From: Octopus bimaculoides
Taxonomy: Eukaryota
Assembly: GCF_001194135.2 (NCBI RefSeq)
Contig: NC_068999.1
Span: 19,470,340 to 19,509,520, forward strand
Direction of reading: 5' to 3'
Length of the DNA stretch: 39,181 nt
Shown in pieces: positions 9,400 through 19,776 of the stretch. The stretch's first letter is position 1, and every line of letters begins with the position of its first letter. A program made the position numbers and the translations under genes. The notes below the pieces were generated by a model. That model was not told the DNA's origin. It ran no database searches and saw nothing but the letters and a program-made list of their open reading frames with translations.

Positions 9400-11150
9400 C
9401 AAACTTAGGTAGCTATGAATTAGTAACCATTCACTGGATCTTCATAAAAAGTAGGCTTTTGAGCGATATAGAAATCCAGCAGATTCAAATATACGTTAAG
9501 GTAGAATGAGAATGATAATGATACTAAATATCGCATCATTTTCGGATTGAAACCTGGTTCACAAGATACCCAAAACGATACATTGTAAGACATGCTCACT
9601 GACATTGAACAAAAGGAGATTGATTGTATTGCAAACGTTAACACATGCACTAAATTTGTCAAAATACAGTTTTAGTGGTTCACGGTTGAACACACAAAAA
9701 AACCCTACAGAATGCAATGATCTCCATAACCTTTGTAACTCAAAACAAAACGGTAGAATAATAGATAAGGTGCATGCAGTTATTAGATCAATTTTGAATG
9801 GAAAGAAAATTTCTCTCCTCATTGAATAATCTTCTGGCAGAATCGTTACAAGCCGGGCGAAATGATTATCGTTATTTCGTCTGCCGTTACGATCTGAGTT
9901 CAAATTCCGCCGAGGTTAACTTTGCCTTTCATCTTTTCGGGGTGATAAATTAAGTAACATTTACGCACTGGGATCGATGTAATCGACTTAATCCATTTGT
10001 CTGTCCTTGTTTGTCCCCTCTACGTTTAGCCCATTGTGGGTAATAAAGAAATAAGAAACGTTAGCACGCCTGACGGAATGCTTAGCGATGTCGTCTGTCT
10101 TTACTCTCTGAGTTCAAATTCTGCCGAGGTCGACTTTGCCTTTCATCCTTTCGGGGTCGATCAATTAAGTACCAGTTGCGTACTGGAGTCGATGTAATCG
10201 ACTGGCCGCCTCACTCCAAATTTCAGGCCTTGTGCCTATAGCAAAAATGTACGTTAGCACGCTACGCGAAATGCTCAGCGGTATTTCGTGTCTTTACGTT
10301 CTGAGTTCAAATTCCCCCCGAGGTCGACTTTGCCTTTTATCCTTTCAGGGTGGATAAATTAAGTACCAATTGCCTAGTGGGATCAATCTAATCGATTGGC
10401 CTCTTCCCGCAAAATTTCGGGCGTTGTGCCTAGAGTAGAAAAGAATAAATACCGCATTGATTGACATTCAAAAATGGAAAGTAAATACTAAATACAGAGA
10501 GAGATGGACAGATTTTGAAGATAAAATAAACGTACTGAGGCCAAATAAAGAAAGAATCAAGGGCATCGAGACCAAAGAAATTGCTAAGTTGCCAAGTTTA
10601 AGAAGCCGAATAGGAAATATTGCATACAAAGTGTAAGTGAAATCGATGAAGTTGCAAAAGATCCAAGCGATTGATTCAAAGCAATGCAGCAGGAATAAAT
10701 AGGCTCTGAAAATAACAAACTTCCTCAAGGGTAAACATTTATTCCTAAACAATTCTAAAAACGCCTCTAGAAGTATTTCATCTAATATAACTGTTAACCA
10801 CAACCACTGAAGAAACGTAAACATTTTATGGTAATCAATCCGGTCAAAATCCATAATCGTGATGTTCCCTGGACGTATCAGTATGTCAGAGACTCTGAAC
10901 TTTTAACATCAAATACGGAGATATATCACTGCGGAACAAATCAATGCTGTGCTGTGAAATTTTGCAAACGCGAATCACCTGGAAAAAATAAAATCCTTAA
11001 CATTTGACCGAACGCTCTGTATGAATCCCTTGGGAAAGTGTCTAATCTGGAAATTATATTATGCATAAATCCTAGAATATTCCGAACTGCTTTATAAGTG
11101 GAGTAAATTATATACTCCCTGAGAATGATGGAACTAACAACCAACAAATC
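9400..11150 (+). pseudogene. Possible decayed LINE 5' region (ORF1-like plus AP-endonuclease relic), interrupted by a SINE trimer
   Basis: Near-open, coding-like frames on both sides of the SINEs (KYRIIFGLKPGSQ...TKFVKIQF; ALIDIQKWKVNTKYRERWTDFEDKINVLRP). There is an LDVSVCQ(E)T motif needing a 1-nt correction, resembling the APE DIxxLQET motif, then EIYHCG and LEIILC. Confidence 0.3.
9834..10447 (+). mobile_element. Head-to-tail trimer of tRNA-derived SINE family B
   Basis: Three units starting at about 9834, 10056 and 10251. Each has cgtta(g)ca...gaaatg.ttagcg...ctgagttcaaattc.gccgaggt..actttgcctttcatcctttcggggtcgataaattaagtacc. Confidence 0.9.
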
Positions 11151-12215
11151 TATCGAACAATAACATAACTTACAACCATAATTAAAATACTAATGTCCAT
11201 CATTAGTGAATACACTAGTACACCCATCGAAAACGAAAAAGGTTGTAAACGTGGTTCGAAGATGTGTTACCCACTAACGAGTCTTAGGATAAATAAGATA
11301 AATGCATGAATTGAATCTTATAATTAAGATAAATACATGAAGTGGTCTATTTATGACCAGTTCCTTTATACGCACTAAATTTTATAATTACACGGCTGGG
11401 CGTTAAATCTACAACGAGTTGATGAGCGCTGAATTTTCTCACATCGCCCGTTCTTTAATATAGTTTGGAATGAGAGTATGGTATTAATTGTATTAATGAT
11501 AACTATAATTATAAGAAATTACTGAGTTATCACTATCATTACGATAAGGAAATACAATACTAGTATGGGTATTTCTGCAGATGAAAAACTTGCAACATCG
11601 TAGCAGTAATTACATAAATGAAGTGCTTAAACTTTCTTATCATTCGAATGCCTATTCTAATGCTAATACGTGCACACTTGCAGCTGGATATTGCGATACA
11701 AACTAAGGTCAGATGATTCGTCTATTTGGCTAAGTAACATGTTGCTCTTTGATAGTTTCACTGCGGCAACCACACTATTTCTGCATTAATAAGTATTGTA
11801 CTTTTCTTTTGAATCCTTATACATTCATACTGGAGCGAATAACCTAAAGAATAATTTAATAATGAAAAAATATGTTTCTTAGGTTAAAATATAAAGACCG
11901 ACGCCATTTAATTTGTCTTCACCGCATCTGTCTGGTTTATGATTAAAAAATACGGACGTNNNNNNNNNNNNNNNNNNNNNNNNNNNNNNNNNNNNNNNNN
12001 NNNNNNNNNNNNNNNNNNNNNNNNNNNNNNNNNNNNNNNNNNNNNNNNNNNNNNNNNNNNNNNNNNNNNNNNNNNNNNNNNNNNNNNNNNNNNNNNNNNN
12101 NNNNNNNNNNNNNNNNNNNNNNNNNNNNNNNNNNNNNNNNNNNNNNNNNNNNNNNNNNNNNNNNNNNNNNNNNNNNNNNNNNNNNNNNNNNNNNNNNNNN
12201 NNNNNNNNNNNNNNN

Positions 12216-12254
<39 letters not shown>

Positions 12255-12264
12255 GTATATATAT

Positions 12265-12295
<31 letters not shown>

Positions 12296-12950
12296 CAGAT
12301 ACATATATATTTATGAAAATATGTATATACCTAAATGCATGTGTGTATATGTACATATATATGCATGTGTATACACGTATATGTGAATATTTATATCATG
12401 TATGCACATACTTATGTATGAATGTTATAGCCAGTCTCTAATCCAAAAGTATATTACTCAACTCCTACTGCACCATTTTAAAGTAAATAAAGTAAATATA
12501 TGTCGAAATGTAGACAACTTAAATGTAATCATTAGTAATGGAACAATCTAGTTACCAATTTAGGAAAGATTGGTCAGAAAATATTTTATACACTAACATG
12601 TATTCTTTTGAGATTTCTTCTTCTGGCGGGTCCTCATATTTAGCTATATAATTTGTATAACTTAACATTACTGATGCCTATACTAATAGCAATATAGAAT
12701 GTGTGTGCGTGAGTAGTTACGTGAGACACTTTAAATCAATTTGAAAACTATTAACGTGTAAATTGATCCAATCGAGACTATTGCTTCGAGAATCTAAGTA
12801 GAGTATTTCAGCATATTTACGAAAAATTGAAGATAGTAATATTTCTTAAACCATGTTATATCAATTTACTTCCACTGTTATTAAGTGGAAGTTTTGTTGT
12901 TATGTATTAAGTAAATATATGACAGCTTTCCAATCTTCAGCAACTGAATA

Positions 12951-13735
12951 TACAATTTGCGATGGGTAAGTTAACGCCATTTTATAATTTTAATTTCGTG
13001 CATGAGCATTGTTTAAAATTGTGTTTGTCGACTACGCAGTATAGTAGGTTCATTTGGTCACCGTCCGGCAGTAAAACAGCATCGTGACGCAATTAACTCT
13101 GATAAAAATTTGGAAAGGGTATGCTGTTCTGCTTGGCATTCGCATGGGAAGCGCCAATACGAACATTTTAGAGTGTTTGGGTGTCAATCTGAAGACAGTG
13201 CAGAGAATTCGGAAAGAGTTGGATGAGTGTAATGGTGATTACGAAGCTACGGCACCTGAGAAATCTCATTCAGATCGTTTTGATAAGAAAAGAAATCCAG
13301 AATTTCTTGGTGAGATCCAGGCCATGATTGACAATGATCCCTCCAAGTCAATCAGGTACATCGTCAGGGACAAGGAAAAGACTGCGTTTCTCATCAGGCA
13401 TGTAGTATAACGGGACAATTTATATTTCAAGTCATCAAGGACATGACAAGACCGCGCTACGAAACTTTTGAAGACACTCAAGCATCCCCTCCAAACGAAT
13501 ATGCCTTGGTTTTTCTTAGATGAGAACATTTCTACCATGATCGGATGGTGAACACAGAACAACAGTTAGCTTGCCGTGTCCCCAAGACATATACTGGGAG
13601 TAAGAAAAAAGACAAGTATCTAGTCAACATCATGGTTTTTGGAGTCCTGGCCAGTGATGTTGAGGTCAGGCCTCCATTTAACTTCCAACACGGCCTAAGA
13701 CTCTGCACGGAGGCCTACATCAAGTGCGTGGAGGA
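12951..13735 (+). mobile_element. maT/DD37D-like Tc1/mariner relic, 5' part (3'-truncated)
   Basis: HTH-like LGVNLKTVQRIRKEL...IQAMIDNDPSKSIR, then WFFLDEN and VNIMVFGVLASD..VRPPF. Homologous to 15601-16416. Confidence 0.8.
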
Positions 13736-13739
13736 TTTG

Positions 13740-14360
13740 TGGTGCTCATTTACTATTTGTTTTTACATGATTGAACGCAGCGTCTTCCAACTGTAAGTAG
13801 TTTTCGTAAACTTATATCCTCCGACGCTACTCTATCTCTTTCTCTTTCTTTTTTGTCCCTCTCGTTCTTCCTCTTTACTACTACGTATCTCGCTTTACCC
13901 CTCTCGTTCTTCCTATGTTACTACTACGTATCTCTTTTTCCCCNNNNNNNNNNNNNNNNNNNNNNNNNNNNNNNCTCTCTCTCTTCCCTTTACACCGGCA
14001 TGGTCACATGCTTCCGGTCAATAATCCTTTCTTTCCTTGGCTTTCGCCGAGCAACGCACGCACCACTTTGTCCCTTTCAAGTTCGTGCTTCATCGCGTTC
14101 ATACACACATAATTTTTCTCGTCTGGCCGTAAAGCATTTTCTATTTGTTTTCCTGTCTTGTTTTTTGTCCGCCACTACATTCTTCCATGGCTAGATTTAA
14201 TTTGCGTATACAAATTTAATCTGCGATCCATGGGACGAGCCGTTTTAAAGATGAGTCCTGCCCGAAGCTCGTCGAAACGCCGGTGTTAAAACGTGGGTAT
14301 AATATTTTCAGTATTATTAGCGAAAGTATTAAACTGAAAGTATTATCTCATTTTACAATA
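13740..14360 (+). mobile_element. Unclassified repeat, possibly Penelope-like, abutting the truncated maT copy
   Basis: Pyrimidine-rich body with a 42-bp tandem repeat, ending in a structured GATGAG...CGAAAC-palindrome motif at 14234-14293. Confidence 0.3.
13857..13934. repeat. 42-bp tandem repeat, about 2 copies, next to a gap
   Basis: ccctctcgttcttcct.t.ttactactacgtatctc repeated with period 42. Confidence 0.85.
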
Positions 14361-15600
14361 GAGATATTACTGTCAATGTTGATACGTAATAAAGAAATAG
14401 TGTGAGTGATAAGTGATCTGTCTGGGGTCATATTAAGCTAGAAGTTGAACTTTTTTAGCCCATGGCACTGTACACACAGTGAGGAAGAATACGAGGACTG
14501 TTAAAAAACACTATCTTGGAACTAGTTAGAAGGAGTGGAATAACATTTCTGTAATTATATTGAAAGAGCCGCTGAGGCTTTCTACTTCGCCAAGTTTTCG
14601 AATTTGTTATAATACCCAGAATAACATTCTTATTGTCAGATATATTTGCGAGTATTGAGAATAGTGTTAAATCAGTCAAATCTTCATGTTGGTAGTACGT
14701 AGGTAACGAACGTGCAAAGAAATTCATATAGAAAATATGAGGTCATCGTCGTTGTAGTAGTGATATAAAATTTCGTTTACGATAGGTAACTAAAACAAAA
14801 ATGATAATGTCAAATGTTTGTAATGCAAATATGTGAATGAAGATAGAGTTTTGCTGGTAGCCAAAAGCTTACTGAATCTTTTGATACCTCGTTGGTATGC
14901 ATACGGAACATACTCGCGCGTGGAAACACACATACAAAATGTAACTGGCATCATGTTAAGTTGCCAGTATTTTTATCATTCTTGCGCCCGATTCCTTCTA
15001 TGTGGAAACCCATATACACTCAGTTTTTAGGTCTAATTTCAGTGCAGTTATACTAGTGTAGACATATAGTGGGCTCCTTATAATATGTTGGAGAAAGCAT
15101 ACTCCTTTCGAGTAAATCGATTAGTGAACTCATTTACAGAGATTGATTTGTGCTATGAAATATTATTCAGATAATATGATAAATTGAATTTAGTATAATA
15201 CAGATATATATCCACATGATTTTAGATCAAGATTGGCCAAATGAAAACTGACATTTGTGAAATTGAAAGCAAGATATGTCACCACTAATTATAAAATTTC
15301 AGTCAACGTTATTTCTCTGCAAGATCAACAATTTCTATAATTAGGTTTGTAATGAATGTAATGCATAGAATAGGGTCTTGTTTTTAGCTGCCTCTTATTA
15401 TATTAATCTTTGTGGGCAATACGCAACCCAAGGAGATGTATAGTCAAGTGCACTTGAATAGAAGACTGACTGAAATTTATTTGATAAAATATCAAACCAT
15501 ATTCTGTCCCGTCGTTTGTGACACTTTCTATAGCAAGGGATATAATTCTAAACGTTGGGAAAGTCATTCAACATGGTGCACATAGTTTCGTATTTCAATT

Positions 15601-16414
15601 TACAGGGTGCAGTGAAGAAACTGTCGTCTAAATTACGCAAAAATGAAAATACTACTGACATCTCATTTTAACAGATATATTTAGCAAATTTACATAAAAT
15701 ATCTTGAAATACCCCAGAGTATATTTACGCCCTAAAATCCCCATTGCCTTCAACCACGGCCTCCATACGACTTGGGAATCTCCTGCAATTCCTCTGGATG
15801 GTATCCTTGTTTTATGGTCGTTGCTTTCAGTTCAGCTTTGGTGTTACAAAGACTTTCATTGATCTGTCACTCAATTGCAACTATACATAATAATCAAGGC
15901 GGTTGCAGACTGGGGAGTTAAGTAGCTAGATTTTAGGTGTGATGTGATCGCAGAAATAATTTAAAAGTCATGACTGGATTATCATGCCTGTGCTGCATGG
16001 TGCAGAGTCCTGTTGCCATATATATGGTCTTCTAGCAGGCACTGTCTTGACCCACAGCAGCACTATCTCCTCCAGGAACTTGACGTAGACCTCCTTGTTG
16101 AGGCTGAGGCAATGTGAGAAGAGGAACTGAGGCATGACATCGCCATCACCTGTGACCACTCCAAACACCATGATATTGACTGAATGTTTGATTTTTATCA
16201 CTCTCGCTACGTGTCCTCAAATTGTACTCTCTTGAGATTGACGCCAAAGCACTTTGAAATGTTCATATTTCAGCATGCCGTTTACAAATTTCTGTCTGAT
16301 TTTATTGCGTCATTGTGCTGTTTTCTCACAGACCGTGCCCAACTGACTATATTATATTGTGTGGTCGACAAAATAAAAAATAACAATGCGTATGCGCGAA
16401 ATAAATATACTCTG

Positions 16415-16416
<2 letters not shown>
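15601..16416 (-). mobile_element. maT/DD37D-like Tc1/mariner relic with a large internal deletion
   Basis: KHSVNIMVFGVVTGDGDVMPQF...RRPYIWQQDSAPC and NSPxCNxLDYYV motifs. The 5' region is homologous to about 12990-13130. Ends read tacaggg and tacagag at TA. Confidence 0.85.
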
Positions 16417-16470
<54 letters not shown>

Positions 16471-16500
16471 TGTGTGTGAGAGTGTGTGTGTGTGTGTATA
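16411..16500. repeat. (TA)n(TG)n microsatellite at the transposon end
   Basis: Direct inspection. Confidence 0.9.
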
Positions 16501-19299
16501 TCTTTTTGTGCATGGTACATATTTACACCGAATAAGAGAAGGTTTTTCTGCTCTATTTCATTTTTACAAATCGACATGAAGAACAATGGCAAGGCAAACA
16601 CGAGCGAATGCCCTATATATGATGACTTTCAGTTTTATAGGTGATAAAGATATTGCTCTGACAGAATACGTTTCACACAGGAGGAGATGCTAAACACCAT
16701 TTATTCCGTCATTACGCTTTCAGTTGTATTATGCAAGAAAGTCTACTTTCTCTTTCATTCCTTCGGAGGAAATGAAATATGCATCAGTTGGACATTGTGT
16801 TCGATATAGTAGACTATCCCTATTCCTCCAAAAGTCAGTGCTAGTGCTTAGTAAGTATTATTACAGAACGATAAGTTGAGAGCTTCCAGAATCTTAATCT
16901 TCCGGGTGAAACTCTTAACGACTTTTCTGCTCTCGCTTTACAATCTGAGTTCACGCGCTACCCAGGTCCATTTTACGTTCCATTTTTTGTTTGGCTCATT
17001 AGAATAAGAAACATTTCTGTTACTGCTATCGATATAATTGCTTTCTTCATTTCCATAAAGTTGCTGGAATTCTGCCAAAATTCAAAAAGAAAAATTACAA
17101 ATTGTTCTTGAAGGAAAATATTCCTTATTCGTATGAACTCATTGAATAGAGATTTACCTTTTAAGTGCAAATATTACTAATGAAACAGCAGGTGTTCAGA
17201 GTTTATTAATCTCAAAAAATATTTATTAACACAATTACAATGCCAATGCGTGTTATTATATATGATGACAGTGTCAAAGAGGTTTTACTGAAGTATTTCT
17301 GAATGTGCAAATCTAATTAGGATTCAATATTACATATACTCGTTAAGTATCCCTATTTCTAAAATGCAGCAGGGAATACAACCTAACTTCTTCTGTGAAT
17401 TTTATAAACGATATACATGGACCTTGGTAAGGAAATGGTGCATAGTGTATTGACAAAAGAATAGAATATTACAATTTTACTATCAAGTGTATAGTACCCA
17501 GATTGTACTTCATGTATCGATCAGTACCTGAATAGTATCTATTTGAAAGTCTTCGTATCAATATATCAATAATTTCCGGTAATATATCTGATCCCCTATA
17601 CTCCTTCCACTGTATTTTTCTATAAACTATAAACTCAATAGTCTTTTCGTCCACAATACTATAATAAATTTCTCGAGAGGGAATTAATGGAAAATCCCCA
17701 AAACAATTAAATGCTCATTGGATTTAGAATATAATGAGATGTGAATATCTGTCACACTGTATTTTATATGACACTAATATTCTTAACATAGATACATAGA
17801 CAGACAGTCTGATATGTACATATATGTATATATATATATATATNNNNNNNNNNNNNNNNNNNNNNNNNNNNNNNNNNNNNNNNNNNNNNNNNNNNNNNNN
17901 NNNNNNNNNNNNNNNNNNNNNNNNNNNNNNNNNNNNNNNNNNNNNNNNNNNNNNNNNNNNNNNNNNNNNNNNNNNNNNNNNNNNNNNNNNNNNNNNNNNN
18001 NNNNNNNNNNNNNNNNNNNNNNNNNNNNNNNNNNNNNNNNNNNNNNNNNNNNNNNNNNNNNNNNNNNNNNNNNNNNNNNNNNNNNNNNNNNNNNNNNNNN
18101 NNNNNNNNNNNNNNNNNNNNNNNNNNNNNNNNNNNNNNNNNNNNNNNNNNNNNNNNNNNNNNNNNNNNNNNNNNNNNNNNNNNNNNNNNNNNNNNNNNNN
18201 NNNNNNNNNNNNNNNNNNNNNNNNNNNNNNNNNNNNNNNNNNNNNNNNNNNNNNNNNNNNNNNNNNNNNNNNNNNNNNNNNNNNNNNNNNNNNNNNNNNN
18301 NNNNNNNNNNNNNNNNNNNNNNNNNNNNNNNNNNNNNNNNNNNNNNNNNNNNNNNNNNNNNNNNNNNNNNNNNNNNNNNNNNNNNNNNNNNNNNNNNNNN
18401 NNNNNNNNNNNNNNNNNNNNNNNNNNNNNNNNNNNNNNNNNNNNNNNNNATATATATATATATATATATATATACGCAGAGAGAGCGAGTTAAATAGATA
18501 GACATCACCAAACCACTTTTAGTTACTCCTTATGACTTTTCGTTTTCATCCTTAATTCACTTTTCAACTAAATTGCATGCGGTCTTTTTTTAACGATGGT
18601 TGATACAAAAAAGTATGTCAAAAACGTGCAGTCAAAATGGGAAAGTAACGCAAAAAATTGATCTAAATGAATCTATTCAGTTTTTTTAGAAGGGAAATGT
18701 AGATTAATTACGTTTAAAAAAAATTGCCACGAAAAACGCATTTTGGCTTCAAGTGAGTGAAAAAATGTAAATGATCTCCAGAATTGACTTTGAATCAAAA
18801 TATCTCAGCTATTGTAAAAGAAAACTATAAAATAACCGTGTTGAGATGAAAGAGCTCTATGAAATGAATCTTATGGTTAAAGCTGCGTCAAAAAATATTA
18901 GCTACAAAAAACTTGTGTCGCTTTAAGTGAAAAAAAATGTGTTCATTTTAACAAATGAAGATATTTTAGTCGTTTTAACATATTTAGCATTATAAGAGAC
19001 AGTATACGATGTTAATGATTACTTAGCTTAAGGGTAGTAAACGCTTAACTGAAATTTGAGAGATGCGATGTCTCGACACTTTGTAGCAGCTTACTGGTCA
19101 CTTTATTTTCCATATTGAATCTTCACGACTGTTTTTACATCTATCGTGCATTTCAGGTTTTCTTCTTCAGATGAAACAGTTATATGCGAAGTATTGTATT
19201 GTGATGACCTTGTCAAAAGATATTAGCTGCAAGCAGTGTTGCGTGGATTTAAGTGATGAAAGAAATGAGATAATTTTTGTGTTTTGCACTCAATAATAT

Positions 19300-19716
19300 T
19301 ATTTCCTAATCTAGGAATAAAGCCCGAATTTTTGTGGGGCGGGTACCAGTCTATTAGATTATCCCCATTACGCAACTGGTACTTAATTTATCAACCCGAA
19401 ATGATAAAATGCAAAGTCAACATCGGTGGAACGTGAACTCAGAAAGTAGAACGGACGAAATACCGCTAAGCATTTCGCCCGGCGTGCTAACGATTCTTAT
19501 TTCTTTATTGCCTTCCAGGGGCTAAATATAGAGGGGACAAACAAGGACAGACAAAGGGATTAAGTCGATTACATCGACCCCAGTGCGTAACTAGTACTTA
19601 ATTTATCGACCCCAAAAGAATGAAAGGCAAACTCAACCTCAGCGGAATTTGAACTCAGAACAGACGAATAGCGCTAAGCATTTCGCCCGGCGTACAAACG
19701 TTTCTTCCAGCTCGCC
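19300..19716 (-). mobile_element. SINE family B dimer
   Basis: Two units on the minus strand with the same inter-unit junction (aataaagaaataagaa.cgttagcacg) as at 10040-10066. Confidence 0.9.
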
Positions 19717-19776
19717 ACTTATGATGATATCAATAATATTATCTGAACTCAAATGAAAGAGTTCCCCGAGAGGAAT
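19447..19776 (-). repeat. Left arm of a 330-bp inverted duplication (partner 22750-23079)
   Basis: Reverse complement matches 22750-23079 with 5 mismatches in 330 nt, including 60 nt of non-SINE flank. Confidence 0.95.

Noticed and set aside
9834-10447. Regularly repeated units superficially like a CRISPR array
   Set aside because: Units are about 200-bp diverged SINE monomers with no unique spacers, in eukaryotic DNA with no cas genes.
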